A stretch of 64,000 nt of DNA from positions 96,001 through 160,000 of the forward strand of contig CAXXTB010000002.1 in the NCBI GenBank assembly GCA_963676795.2. Reading direction: 5' to 3'. The position numbers and the translations under genes are program-made. This DNA is from Geopsychrobacteraceae bacterium (GTDB lineage: Bacteria; Desulfobacterota; Desulfuromonadia; Desulfuromonadales; Geopsychrobacteraceae). Under the pieces are notes generated by a model. The model searched no databases. It was not told where the DNA came from and saw only the letters and a program-made list of their open reading frames with translations. Positions 24,846-37,014 of this stretch are shown here, piece by piece. Each line of letters opens with the position of its first letter. The first letter of the stretch is position 1.

Positions 24846-25784
24846 ATGGCCAGAAAACCGCGTCTGCATTTTCCCGGAGCGATCTATCACGTCGTGCTGA
24901 ACGGCAATGGCAACTGCCAGGTTTTCAGCGATGACACAGACCGGACCCGCCTGTTGCTGCTGCTTCAGGAGGGGATCGAGAAGTTCGGCCATAAGATTCA
25001 TGGCTACTGCCTGGTTCCGACTGCGGTCCACCTGGTCATCGAGGTGGATCAGGTGCCATTGTCACGGATCATGCAGCAACTTGGTTTTCGCTATACCCGC
25101 TGGTTCAACAACTGGCACGGCGAGATCGGTCATCTGTTCCAGGGGCGCTACCGGGCGATTCTGATCGATCCGGAAAAGTATCTGCTCGATCTGGTCTGTC
25201 ATCTCCATTACCTGCCGGTTGCGCTTGATCTGACTGACGACCCGATGCAGTTCTCCTGGAGCAGCCACCGTGCCTACTGCATGCGCGAACAGGTCCCCTG
25301 GTTGACCACGGAGCGGACCCTGCTGCAGATCGACCAGACCGGAACCCGTGCCCTGCTCAAATTTCATGCCCGGGTCAACGATGCTGGAAACACACCTGAG
25401 ATCGATTTCCTGCGGGGCGGCGGCTATGACCCGCGGGTGCTCGGCGATGACGATTTCGTCCGTGGCGCCTTGAAGCTGTCTCGCCAGAAGTACCAGCCCC
25501 GTCTCAACCCCGACAAGGTTTTTGCCGTTGTCGAACAGTCCTTCAAGCTCAGCGAGCAAGAGCTCGCCGCCCCCGGAAAAGCGCGTCAGGCCGCCGAAGC
25601 CCGCGCCTTTATCGCCTGGCTCTATCTGCACACCGGCTGCGCCACTCTGACCAACCTGGGGGAACGGCTGAACCGCGACATCTCGACCTTAAGCTCATCA
25701 ATCAGACGCCTTGACCTCAAGGCCAAAAAGGACCAGCAGCTTGCCGAAAGGATGCAGCTGCTGCTTAAGCGGGTGCGAAGATAG
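24846..25784 (+). CDS. RAYT/Y1 transposase-like protein with C-terminal DnaA-domain-IV-like HTH; catalytic motifs degenerate
   Basis: MARKPRLHFPGAIYHV, GHLFQGRY, WSSHRAY; HUH appears as A-V-H and the YIHxNP motif as HLHYLP. Confidence 0.75.
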   Translation: MARKPRLHFPGAIYHVVLNGNGNCQVFSDDTDRTRLLLLLQEGIEKFGHKIHGYCLVPTAVHLVIEVDQVPLSRIMQQLGFRYTRWFNNWHGEIGHLFQGRYRAILIDPEKYLLDLVCHLHYLPVALDLTDDPMQFSWSSHRAYCMREQVPWLTTERTLLQIDQTGTRALLKFHARVNDAGNTPEIDFLRGGGYDPRVLGDDDFVRGALKLSRQKYQPRLNPDKVFAVVEQSFKLSEQELAAPGKARQAAEARAFIAWLYLHTGCATLTNLGERLNRDISTLSSSIRRLDLKAKKDQQLAERMQLLLKRVRR

Positions 25785-25866
25785 GCGACTATTTTTAACC
25801 TGCTGCCGTTGAGTCGACCGGAAAACAGGCTAGGCTATAAGTAGACCCTTTCATTCCGGAGGGTGT

Positions 25867-27075
25867 ATGAACCTTTACGCTGACTGGCTCTGTTCCTATC
25901 TGCTCTGTAAAAGCCCGGCTTTGAGCCTGCTGCTTTTGCTGGTGATCGTCTGGACGACAGGGGTGATCTGTCGTGTGCTCAAGCAGCCGCCGGTGCTCGG
26001 CGAGCTGACCGCGGGGATTATTTTCGGACCGGCGCTCCTCGGAATCATCGTCCCCAACGAAATGCTCGAAATCCTGGCCGAGCTGGGGGCTTTCTTTCTG
26101 ATGTTCTATGCCGGCCTGGAGACCAATCCGGTTGACCTGAAAAAGCAGGGTTTCGCATCGAGCTGTGTCGGTATCTGCGGTTTTGTTATCCCCTTCCTGC
26201 TGGCCTATGGCGTCTGTTATCTGTTTGCTGTACCGACATCCATGGCGCTGTTCATTGCCATGGGGATGTCGATCACGGCCATTGCCGTCAACGCGCGGGT
26301 TCTCCACGATATGGACCTGACCGGACGCCGGGTGACGCCGGTGATCATCGGCGCATCGATCATCGACGATGTCATGTCGCTGGCATTTTTTACCGCGATC
26401 ATTGAGATGACCACCAGCTCGCACCCTTTCAGCCTGATGGCCATTGGTCTGCTGGTTGTCAAGGTCATCATCTTCTTTGCCCTGACTGTCGGGGTGGGGA
26501 TCTGGATTTACCCCTATATCGGCAAGTATTTTTCCGCCCGTGAGGCCAAGGGGTTTACTTTTGCATTGTTGATGGCCTTTCTCTTCGGCTTTCTGGCCGA
26601 GCTGGCCGGTCTGCATATCATCATCGGCGCCTATCTGGCCGGCCTCTTTGTCCGTGAAGGGGTGGTCAACCAGGATCTGCTCAACAAGATCAGCGATCGT
26701 TTCGTGTCGATCACCTACGGTTTCATCGGGCCGATCTTCTTTGTCAGCCTCTCCTTTCATGTCACCTTCGAGATCTTCAGGACCGAACTGCTTTTTGTTC
26801 TGGTCCTGCTGCTTGCCGCACTGGTCGGCAAGTTTGTCGGCAGCGGCGCGGGCGCCTTGCTCGGCAGGATGAACAGGGAGGAGGCGGTTGTCGTCGGTAT
26901 TGCCATGAACGGCCGGGGTGCTGTTGAGCTGGTCATCGCTTCGATCGGGTTGAAGCTTGGCATCATTGATGATGTGGTCTTTTCGATCCTGGTGCTGATC
27001 GCCTTTGTCACGACCATGTTGCCGCCGCTGTCGCTCGGCTTCTATCTGAAGCGGATAAGGCAGCTGTTGCCTTAA
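25867..27075 (+). CDS. Cation:proton antiporter (CPA2 family)
   Basis: Many TM helices; LKQPPVLGEL, GASIIDDV, GRGAVEL. Confidence 0.88.
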   Translation: MNLYADWLCSYLLCKSPALSLLLLLVIVWTTGVICRVLKQPPVLGELTAGIIFGPALLGIIVPNEMLEILAELGAFFLMFYAGLETNPVDLKKQGFASSCVGICGFVIPFLLAYGVCYLFAVPTSMALFIAMGMSITAIAVNARVLHDMDLTGRRVTPVIIGASIIDDVMSLAFFTAIIEMTTSSHPFSLMAIGLLVVKVIIFFALTVGVGIWIYPYIGKYFSAREAKGFTFALLMAFLFGFLAELAGLHIIIGAYLAGLFVREGVVNQDLLNKISDRFVSITYGFIGPIFFVSLSFHVTFEIFRTELLFVLVLLLAALVGKFVGSGAGALLGRMNREEAVVVGIAMNGRGAVELVIASIGLKLGIIDDVVFSILVLIAFVTTMLPPLSLGFYLKRIRQLLP

Positions 27076-27098
27076 GGAGCGGCTGTCTGGGATTTTGC

Positions 27099-27127
27099 TT
27101 GACATGGGTATGGCAGATCACTATAGT
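27099..27127 (+). promoter_or_regulatory. sigma70 promoter of rplU-rpmA
   Basis: TTGACA-17 nt-TATAGT. Confidence 0.8.
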
Positions 27128-27189
27128 ACGCCGTTGCAGTGCGATGGTAGTATCTGCATTTGAGGTCTCAAACTATAGGAGAAAGTAAC

Positions 27190-27498
27190 ATGTATGCGGT
27201 GATCAAGACCGGAGGAAAACAGTACAAAGTTTCCGAAGGCGACCTGTTGAAGGTCGAACTGATCGAAGGTGCGGTAGGTGATACTATCGAACTCGATCAA
27301 GTCCTCATGGTCGGTGGCGCAGAGGTTAAAATCGGAACACCTCTCGTACCAGGTGCCAAGGTTAAGGCACAGATCGTTGCTCAGGAAAAAGACAAGAAGA
27401 TTCTCGTCTTCAAATCCAAGCGACGTGCAGGTAATCGTAAGAAATACGGCCACCGTCAACCTATTACCCGACTCAAAGTCGCGGCGATTGAAGCTTAA
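27190..27498 (+). CDS. rplU: 50S ribosomal protein L21
   Basis: MYAVIKTGGKQYKV, GHRQ. Confidence 0.97.
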   Translation: MYAVIKTGGKQYKVSEGDLLKVELIEGAVGDTIELDQVLMVGGAEVKIGTPLVPGAKVKAQIVAQEKDKKILVFKSKRRAGNRKKYGHRQPITRLKVAAIEA

Positions 27499-27510
27499 GG
27501 AGGCGATCTA

Positions 27511-27765
27511 ATGGCTCATAAGAAAGCTGCCGGTAGTTCTAAGAACGGTCGCGATAGCGCCGGTAAACGACTCGGTGTCAAGCGTTTTGGTGGTCAGGAA
27601 GTAACTGCTGGTTCTATCCTGGTTCGTCAGCGTGGTACCACCTTTCACCCAGGCACCAACGTAGGTTGTGGTAAAGACTACACCCTGTTTGCACTGGTCG
27701 ACGGTGTTGTCAAGTTTGAAACCAAGTCTAAAGGGCGGAAACACATCAGCGTTTACGCTGGTTAA
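27511..27765 (+). CDS. rpmA: 50S ribosomal protein L27
   Basis: [23 protein letters not shown]. Confidence 0.98.
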   Translation: MAHKKAAGSSKNGRDSAGKRLGVKRFGGQEVTAGSILVRQRGTTFHPGTNVGCGKDYTLFALVDGVVKFETKSKGRKHISVYAG

Positions 27766-27790
27766 TTGTTTTCCTCCTTAACTTTCTGAA

Positions 27791-27824
27791 GAACCCGGTG
27801 CTGCATGTCAGTGACCGGGTTTTT
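27791..27824 (+). terminator. Possible intrinsic terminator after rpmA
   Basis: aacccggt...accgggtttttt. Confidence 0.55.
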
Positions 27825-27880
27825 CTCTTTGTTGCTTCAGTCCCATGCAGGGCTGGAACAATGGTCAGTCAGGACAATAA

Positions 27881-30095
<2,215 letters not shown>

Positions 30096-30101
30096 AGACT
30101 G

Positions 30102-31358
30102 ATGGATATGGCGCAACAGATGCTCGAACTGGCCAAGGCGGCCCAGCTGGCTTCCCGGCAGATGGCCACCCTCTCTTCCGGGGTGAAAAACGATCTGCTG
30201 GTGGCGATGGCCGCAGCGCTTGAAAGTGCCACCGGCCAGCTTCAGGCCGAGAACGAAAAAGATCTTCAGGCGGCCCGTGACAACGGTATGGCTGCGGCGA
30301 TGATCGACCGTTTGACCCTGACCCCGGAGCGGATTCAGACAATGGCCGATGGCCTGCGCGAGGTTGCTGCTCTGCCCGATCCGGTCGGTGAAATCACCGG
30401 CATGTGGCTGCGTCCCAACGGCATCAAGGTCGGCCGTCAGCGGATCCCGCTCGGGGTTATCGGCATCATCTATGAATCTCGTCCGAACGTCACCGCCGAT
30501 GCTGCGGCACTCTGTCTGAAGAGCGGCAACGCTGTCATCCTGCGTGGCGGCTCGGAAGCGCTGCACTCCAACCGCGCCATCGGAGCTGTATTGCAGCAGG
30601 CAATTGCCGATTTCGGTCTGCCGGCAGCTGTCCTGCAGGTCGTGGCGACCAGTGATCGCAGTGCCGTCAACGAACTGCTCAAGCTGGAGGATTACGTTGA
30701 TCTGATCATACCGCGCGGCGGCGAAGGGCTGATCCGCTTTGTCTCGGAAAATTCGCGGATTCCGGTCATCAAGCACTACAAGGGGGTCTGTCACACCTAT
30801 GTCGACAAGGCCGCCGATCTCAAGATGGCTGAAGAGATCTGCATGAACGCCAAGGTTCAGCGTCCGGGAGTGTGCAACGCCATGGAGACCCTGCTGGTTC
30901 ATCAGGATGTGGCTGGCGAGTTCCTGCCCCAGGTCGCCGCAGTTCTGGAAGGGGCGGGGGTTGAGCTGCGTCTTTGTGAGAAGGCACTGCAGATCCTGCC
31001 CGGCCGCACCTCGGCAACGGCAGAGGACTGGCCGGCCGAGTATCTCGACCTGATCCTGGCTGTTCGGGTGGTTGATAATTATGATCAGGCCCGCGAGCAT
31101 ATCCAGACCTACAGCTCGCTGCATACCGAGGTTATCGTCACCAACGATTACCTGCTGTCGCAGCAGTTCCTCAGGGAGGTCAATTCGAGCGTGGTCATGG
31201 TCAACGCTTCATCGCGTTTCTCCGATGGCGGCCAGCTCGGACTGGGTGCGGAGATCGGGATCTCGACCTCCAAGCTGCACTCCTTCGGGCCGATGGGCCT
31301 CGAAGATCTGACGACCCGCAAGTTCATCGTTCTGGGGACCGGACAGATCCGCGCTTAG
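30102..31358 (+). CDS. proA: Glutamate-5-semialdehyde dehydrogenase
   Basis: IYESRPNV, IPRGG, CNAMET, AEIGIST. Confidence 0.96.
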   Translation: MDMAQQMLELAKAAQLASRQMATLSSGVKNDLLVAMAAALESATGQLQAENEKDLQAARDNGMAAAMIDRLTLTPERIQTMADGLREVAALPDPVGEITGMWLRPNGIKVGRQRIPLGVIGIIYESRPNVTADAAALCLKSGNAVILRGGSEALHSNRAIGAVLQQAIADFGLPAAVLQVVATSDRSAVNELLKLEDYVDLIIPRGGEGLIRFVSENSRIPVIKHYKGVCHTYVDKAADLKMAEEICMNAKVQRPGVCNAMETLLVHQDVAGEFLPQVAAVLEGAGVELRLCEKALQILPGRTSATAEDWPAEYLDLILAVRVVDNYDQAREHIQTYSSLHTEVIVTNDYLLSQQFLREVNSSVVMVNASSRFSDGGQLGLGAEIGISTSKLHSFGPMGLEDLTTRKFIVLGTGQIRA

Positions 31359-31365
31359 CCGGGTG

Positions 31366-31400
31366 TTTGAGATCTGAAATCTGAGATCTGAAATCTGAAA
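31366..31400. repeat. 7-bp tandem repeat TCTGArA x5 (family C)
   Basis: tttgaga-tctgaaa-tctgaga-tctgaaa-tctgaaa. Confidence 0.75.
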
Positions 31401-31412
31401 CGGAGCGAAAAC

Positions 31413-32054
31413 ATGCGTATCGGCCTGCTAGGCGGGACATTCAATCCGATTCATAACGGCCATCTGCATATCGCAGAAGAGGTTCTGGATTACTGCCGGC
31501 TCGATCAGGTCTGGTTCGTTCCGTCCTGCTCGCCACCGCACAAGAGCCTGGCCGGAGAGGTGTCCTTTGCCGAGCGGCTGGCCATGGTCAGGGCGGCCAT
31601 TGCCGGGAATGAACACTTCTCGGCCTGCGACGTCGAGGGGCGGCGCGGCGGGACCAGTTATTCGGTGGAAACCCTGCGCCAACTGCACCGTGAATTTCCG
31701 CAGCACGAGTTCTTTTTTATCATGGGACTCGATTCGTTTCAGGAGATTGCCTCCTGGAAAGAATACCCGCGACTTTTCGAGCTGGCCCATATCGTTGTCG
31801 CCGCCCGGCCCGGATTTGCCGGGACTTTACAGGAGCTGCTCCCGGTTGCTATTGCAGATAGCTTCTGTTATGATTCCGGTTCCAAAAAGCTCACAAGTGA
31901 CAAGGGCTTCTCTGTCGTTCTGGTGCCACATACCGATCGCGATATCTCCTCGACGGAAATCCGCAGTAAAATGTCGGCGCATAAGGATGTCAGCAGACTG
32001 GTTCCCGCAACGGTTGCGGACTATATGCAGGCCCATTCACTTTATCAGAAGTAA
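31413..32054 (+). CDS. nadD: Nicotinate-nucleotide adenylyltransferase
   Basis: GGTFNPIHNGH, ISSTEIR. Confidence 0.95.
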   Translation: MRIGLLGGTFNPIHNGHLHIAEEVLDYCRLDQVWFVPSCSPPHKSLAGEVSFAERLAMVRAAIAGNEHFSACDVEGRRGGTSYSVETLRQLHREFPQHEFFFIMGLDSFQEIASWKEYPRLFELAHIVVAARPGFAGTLQELLPVAIADSFCYDSGSKKLTSDKGFSVVLVPHTDRDISSTEIRSKMSAHKDVSRLVPATVADYMQAHSLYQK

Positions 32055-32065
32055 AAGGAAAAACT

Positions 32066-32425
32066 TTGCAAGGAAAAGAAACCGCTCTTTTTGCAGTCGA
32101 GTGTGCGCTCGATAAAAAAGCTCACGATCTCAAGCTGTTCGAGGTCAAGGAGCTGTCCTCTCTGACCGATTATCTGTTGATCGCCTCCGGGCGTTCGGAC
32201 CGCCAGGTTCAGGCGATCGGCGAACACATCCGTCTTGAGATGAAGGAAAAGCATGGACTGCTGCCGTTGGCGATCGAAGGGATGGATCAGGGGCGCTGGA
32301 TTCTGCTCGATTACGGCGATGTCATGATTCACGTTTTTCAACCGGAAGTGCGCGGTTTCTATGACCTTGAAGGGTTATGGACCGAGGCACCGGAAGTCGA
32401 ACTGGAACGGACCTCCGTCGAGTGA
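32066..32425 (+). CDS. rsfS: Ribosome silencing factor
   Basis: WILLDYGDVMIHVF, YDLEGLW; TTG start. Confidence 0.93.
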   Translation: MQGKETALFAVECALDKKAHDLKLFEVKELSSLTDYLLIASGRSDRQVQAIGEHIRLEMKEKHGLLPLAIEGMDQGRWILLDYGDVMIHVFQPEVRGFYDLEGLWTEAPEVELERTSVE

Positions 32426-32889
32426 AACTGAGACTGATCTGTGTCGGCAAGCTGGCCGAAGCCTGGCAGCTGGCGGCCGTCACAGACTACGCATCCCGAC
32501 TGCAGCGCTACTTTCCGTTTGAGACGATCGAACTCAAGGAAGAGAAGGGAAGGGGCAGCACGAAGGAGATACTGAAACGCGAGGGGGAGCGGATTCTGGA
32601 GAAGGTTCCGGAGCAATCTCTGCTGATCGCTCTTGATGAGCGAGGTCGCCAATTCAGTTCGGAACAACTGGCTGAGAAACTTTCCGTTGAAATGTTGCAC
32701 GGCGGTCGCGACTGGTGCCTGGTGATAGGTGGCCCGTACGGCCTGGCCGATGCTGTCAGAGAACGGGCTGAGCTTTTGTTATCCCTGTCGAAGATGACTT
32801 TTACCCACCAGATGGCCCGGGTCTTTTTGCTTGAGCAACTTTATCGTGGCTGTACTATAATCAGGAACGAGCCCTATCACAATCGATGA
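32422..32889 (+). CDS. rlmH: 23S rRNA m3Psi1915 methyltransferase
   Basis: ALDERG, IGGPYG, HQMARVFLLEQLYRG, PYHN; GTG start overlaps rsfS stop. Confidence 0.93.
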   Translation: MKLRLICVGKLAEAWQLAAVTDYASRLQRYFPFETIELKEEKGRGSTKEILKREGERILEKVPEQSLLIALDERGRQFSSEQLAEKLSVEMLHGGRDWCLVIGGPYGLADAVRERAELLLSLSKMTFTHQMARVFLLEQLYRGCTIIRNEPYHNR

Positions 32890-32916
32890 GCGGGTGTCCA
32901 GGAGGATGATTGGCGG

Positions 32917-33267
32917 ATGAATGAACAATTGGCAGAAATCAAGGCACACCTTTTAAAAATGCGTGAGGAACTTCTTCAGGAGGCCGAACGCGCTTATGAA
33001 GCATCCCAGTCTTTGGGGCTGGATGGCGTTCCTGATATCGGAGATATGTCGTCCAACAGCTATAACCAGGAAGTTCTGATGAACCTGAGCGAAACCCAGC
33101 GTTCCCGGGTCCGTGATATCGATGCTGCCCTGGAGCGGATGGCGAAAGGGGTTTACGGACTCTGTGCCCGTTGCGAAGAAGAAATTCCACCGCGGCGGCT
33201 TGAGGTTCGTCCCTTCTCCCGCTATTGTGTCGATTGCAAAGCTGAAGTCGAAAAGTTTGGCGAATAA
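32917..33267 (+). CDS. TraR/DksA family zinc-finger protein
   Basis: PDIGD tip; YGLCARC..RLEVRP..CVDC. Confidence 0.85.
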   Translation: MNEQLAEIKAHLLKMREELLQEAERAYEASQSLGLDGVPDIGDMSSNSYNQEVLMNLSETQRSRVRDIDAALERMAKGVYGLCARCEEEIPPRRLEVRPFSRYCVDCKAEVEKFGE

Positions 33268-33318
33268 TCAAAGTCGCTGAAACAGCCCGCTGTTTGCCGG
33301 GTCGATCTGGAGATCACC

Positions 33319-34683
33319 ATGATTCGTGTCGCATTGTTTGTGCTGGTTCTGGTCGTATTCATCCTTGGCTTCCTGTTTTTTCAGGGGGTGAATCCGGGTG
33401 AGATGACGGTTCATCTGACCAGCGACCTGAGCTATACCCTGCCGATCAGCATCATGCTGATCAGCGTGCTTGTCATCGGTCTGCTGATCGGGACCGGTAT
33501 CCATATTCTCAGTGCGCTGCTGGTTTCCTTCCGCAGCTGGCGCGGTGGGCGCAGGCAGAAAAAAGCCGAAGAAGTCAGCAGTATCTACCGCAGCGGCGTC
33601 GGTCGCCTGCTCTCCGGCGACCTGAAAAAGGCCCGGACCCTGTTGACCAAGGCGCTTGAGCGCGACTCCAGGCGCGTCGATACCCATCTGGCCCTGGCCA
33701 GTGTCGCCCTGCAGGAAGGCAAGCCTGAAGAGGCGGTCGATCTGCTGCAGAAAGCCCGCAAGCTCGATCCCAAAGGGGTTGAGGTGCTTTTCAAGCTGGC
33801 CTCGACCTTCGAGGAGACCGGGCGCCGCGAAGAGGCGATCAATATCTACAAGGAGCTGCTCGCCGGGGATGCCGGCAACCGTAAGGCGATGCGTGCTCTG
33901 CGCGAGATCTTTGTCGATCTCGGTCAGTGGGATGATGCTCTTGATCTGCAAAAGCGGATTATCAAGGCGACTGCATCGGGACCCAAGGCGGATCAGGAGA
34001 AACAGGTTCTGCTCCAGCTGCGTTATGAGATTGTCAGCCTGCAGCTTGAAAACGGTGATGCCGACCCGGCGATCGATGTCTGCCGCGAACTGATCAAGCA
34101 GGATCCTTCATTCACTCCGGCGCGTGTGACTCTGGGGGATGCCTACCATCAGGCCGGCCGCAATCCCGAAGCTATCAAAGCCTATGAAGAGGGTTACAAG
34201 GCACTTAGGAAGAGTGTCTTTCTGGCCCGTCTCGAAGATCTCTATATCAACGCGGAAGATCCTGCCGCACTGATGGCCTTCTATCGTGCCCAGATGGACG
34301 CGGATCCCAATGATCTGCTGCTACGTCTCTATTTTGCCCGCCTCTGCCTGCGTCTGGAGATGGTCGACGACGCGATGCAGTACCTGAGCGATCTGGAAAG
34401 CAGCGGCGTCGAATTCACCAAGCTGCACCTGCTGCTGGCTGAAGCACAGCGTCGTCGTCACAATGTAGACGAAGCGATTCGTGAATATCAGAAAGCCCTC
34501 CATATCGATGGTTCCCTGCGTCTTGGCTATGTTTGCGAACACTGTGGAACCAAATATCAGCAGTGGTTGGGCCGTTGCTCCGAGTGCAAGAGTTGGGATT
34601 CTCTTGCGCTTCCGGAGCGTGAGCAGATGCAGAGTGTGCAACTGAACCAGCCGAAAATGATCCCTCATGGAGCACGGAGTTGA
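33319..34683 (+). CDS. LapA-like membrane domain fused to LapB-like TPR/rubredoxin protein
   Basis: Two N-terminal TM helices, many TPRs, C-terminal CEHC..CSEC. Confidence 0.7.
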   Translation: MIRVALFVLVLVVFILGFLFFQGVNPGEMTVHLTSDLSYTLPISIMLISVLVIGLLIGTGIHILSALLVSFRSWRGGRRQKKAEEVSSIYRSGVGRLLSGDLKKARTLLTKALERDSRRVDTHLALASVALQEGKPEEAVDLLQKARKLDPKGVEVLFKLASTFEETGRREEAINIYKELLAGDAGNRKAMRALREIFVDLGQWDDALDLQKRIIKATASGPKADQEKQVLLQLRYEIVSLQLENGDADPAIDVCRELIKQDPSFTPARVTLGDAYHQAGRNPEAIKAYEEGYKALRKSVFLARLEDLYINAEDPAALMAFYRAQMDADPNDLLLRLYFARLCLRLEMVDDAMQYLSDLESSGVEFTKLHLLLAEAQRRRHNVDEAIREYQKALHIDGSLRLGYVCEHCGTKYQQWLGRCSECKSWDSLALPEREQMQSVQLNQPKMIPHGARS

Positions 34684-36212
34684 TGATGTCTGGCGGCCCG
34701 GTTGTTCTGACCATCCTTGACGGATGGGGTTTACGTGATGATTGTACTGATAACGCGGTCTGCCTCGCGAAGACCCCGGTGATGGACGGCCTGCTGGCCT
34801 CCTCTCCGAATAGCCGCCTGAGCGCTTCCGGCCGGGATGTCGGTCTGCCCGACGGACAGATGGGGAATTCGGAAGTCGGCCACATGAACATCGGCGCCGG
34901 ACGGATCATCTATCAGGATTTAAGCCGGATCAGCCTGGCGATCGAGGATGGCTCCTTCTTTGAAAACAGCGTCCTCAAAGATATCTGTACCAAGGTTGCT
35001 GCGAGCCGCAGCCGGTTACACCTGCTCGGTCTGCTCTCTGACGGGGGCGTTCACTCACACAACAGCCATCTTTACGCCCTGGTCAGGCTGGCCAAACAGT
35101 CCGGCGTTGCCGATGTCTGTATTCATGCCTTTATGGATGGCCGTGATACGCCGCCGCAGAGCGGTTATAAATATCTGGCCGAACTGGAAAAAGAACTCGA
35201 GAAGATCGGTCTTGGCCGGGTTGTGACGGTGACCGGCCGTTACTGGGCGATGGATCGGGATAATCGCTGGGAGCGGGTCGAATCTGCCTACAAGGCACTG
35301 ACTCTGGGGGTCGGTTTTCATGCCAACAGCTCAAGGGATGCCATTGAGCAGGCTTATGAGCTTGGTCAGACGGATGAATTTGTCGAGCCGACGGTGGTTG
35401 GTGCGACGGGTACCATCGATGATGGTGACGGCATTATCTTCTTCAATTTCCGCTCGGACCGGGCCCGTGAGATCACCCGGGCGTTGACCTTTGCCGAATT
35501 TGACGGATTCACCCGCAGCAAGCTTCCTCAGCTGGCCGGCTTTGTCTGTATGACCGAATATGATGAAACCTTCGGTCTGCCGATCGCCTACCCGTCGGAA
35601 ACATATCCGGATATCCTGGCTGAAGTGGTTTCCGGGGCAGGCCTCAAGCAGCTGCGCATTGCCGAGACCGAGAAGTACGCCCATGTGACCTTCTTCTTTA
35701 ATGGCGGCGTGGAAAAAGCCTGGCCGGGTGAAGACCGGGTCCTGATCCCCTCCCCCAAGGAGGTGGCGACCTACGATCAGAAACCGGCGATGAGTGCTGT
35801 CGAGGTGACGGACGAGGTCGTCCGGCGGATCGCCTCCGGGGATTATCAGCTGATCATCCTGAATTTCGCCAATGGCGATATGGTCGGCCATACGGGGATT
35901 CTCAAGGCGGCCATCGAGGCGGTCGAAACCGTTGACAGTTGCCTTGGCCGCGTTGTTGAAGCGGTCAAAACCGCTGGTGGCAAGATGTTGATCACGGCCG
36001 ATCACGGTAACTGTGAGCAGATGGTCGACGAGAGCGGCCAGCCCCATACCGCCCATACCAGCGACCCTGTACCGTTGATCCTGGTCGCCGGCGACGACGT
36101 TCGCTACCGTTTGCAAGACGGTATCCTTGCCGATCTCGCTCCGACCCTGCTGGATATGCTTGGCCTTGAACAGCCCGAGGCGATGACCGGGCATTCCCTG
36201 CTCGAACGCTAG
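34683..36212 (+). CDS. gpmI: 2,3-BPG-independent phosphoglycerate mutase
   Basis: [28 protein letters not shown]. Confidence 0.97.
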   Translation: MMSGGPVVLTILDGWGLRDDCTDNAVCLAKTPVMDGLLASSPNSRLSASGRDVGLPDGQMGNSEVGHMNIGAGRIIYQDLSRISLAIEDGSFFENSVLKDICTKVAASRSRLHLLGLLSDGGVHSHNSHLYALVRLAKQSGVADVCIHAFMDGRDTPPQSGYKYLAELEKELEKIGLGRVVTVTGRYWAMDRDNRWERVESAYKALTLGVGFHANSSRDAIEQAYELGQTDEFVEPTVVGATGTIDDGDGIIFFNFRSDRAREITRALTFAEFDGFTRSKLPQLAGFVCMTEYDETFGLPIAYPSETYPDILAEVVSGAGLKQLRIAETEKYAHVTFFFNGGVEKAWPGEDRVLIPSPKEVATYDQKPAMSAVEVTDEVVRRIASGDYQLIILNFANGDMVGHTGILKAAIEAVETVDSCLGRVVEAVKTAGGKMLITADHGNCEQMVDESGQPHTAHTSDPVPLILVAGDDVRYRLQDGILADLAPTLLDMLGLEQPEAMTGHSLLER

Positions 36213-36221
36213 TTTAACGAG

Positions 36222-36953
36222 ATGCGGATGGAGACGCTGATGATTCACAGGCTCCGTCCGCTTCTGCATTTTTTCCTGCCGCGCGCCTGCCCGGTTTGCC
36301 TGGAAACTCTGGCGGATCAGTCCTCCCGCGCCCCGTTCTGCCCAGCCTGCATGAATTCTTTTCGCCACCTGACCGGGGCCGGACAGTGCAGTTGCTGCGC
36401 TCTGCCCTTTAAGGCCGCAGAACAGGCCCCCCATCGGTGCGGCCGCTGCAGTGCCGAGCCTCCTCCCTTTGTCCGGGTCTATGCCGTCGGACTCTACGAA
36501 AATGCCCTGCGCCAGGCCATTCATCTGCTGAAATTCAAGGGCAAGGTTCATCTCGACAAGCCTCTGGCCATTCTGTTGAATGCTGTGCTGCCTGAACAGT
36601 ATTCCTTTGATCTGATCGTTCCGGTTCCGCTATCACGCCGTGGTCTACGCCAGCGCGGTTACAACCAGGCCCTGCTGCTGGCTCGACAGCTCTCTGGACT
36701 GCGCCGGATCCCGCTGCTGGCGGCCGGGCTTGTCAAAACCAGGGAAACTTTGAGCCAGCATGACCTGGCGGCGGAGCAGCGGCACCGCAACCTGAGAGAT
36801 TCTTTCGCTCTGTTGCAACCGGTTGAGGGGCGTACGGTTCTGCTGGTCGACGATGTGCTGACCACTGGGGCGACCGCAAGCCTCTGCGCGGAAGCCCTGC
36901 TGAACGCTGGGGCCCGGGAGGTTCATGTCGCTGTCCTTGGGCGTGCCGATTGA
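36222..36953 (+). CDS. comF: ComF family amidophosphoribosyltransferase-like protein
   Basis: Double zinc ribbon, RGYNQA, LVDDVLTTGAT. Confidence 0.88.
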   Translation: MRMETLMIHRLRPLLHFFLPRACPVCLETLADQSSRAPFCPACMNSFRHLTGAGQCSCCALPFKAAEQAPHRCGRCSAEPPPFVRVYAVGLYENALRQAIHLLKFKGKVHLDKPLAILLNAVLPEQYSFDLIVPVPLSRRGLRQRGYNQALLLARQLSGLRRIPLLAAGLVKTRETLSQHDLAAEQRHRNLRDSFALLQPVEGRTVLLVDDVLTTGATASLCAEALLNAGAREVHVAVLGRAD

Positions 36954-37014
36954 TGTTCCTATTTTTGTGCTATAGTTGTTGCTCGATGTTTAATATCCGT
37001 AATCCGGAGTAACC

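Noticed and set aside
24846..25784. Active IS200/IS605 or REPtron mobile element
   Set aside because: No tnpB, no flanking REP arrays or IS ends seen, and catalytic motifs are altered.
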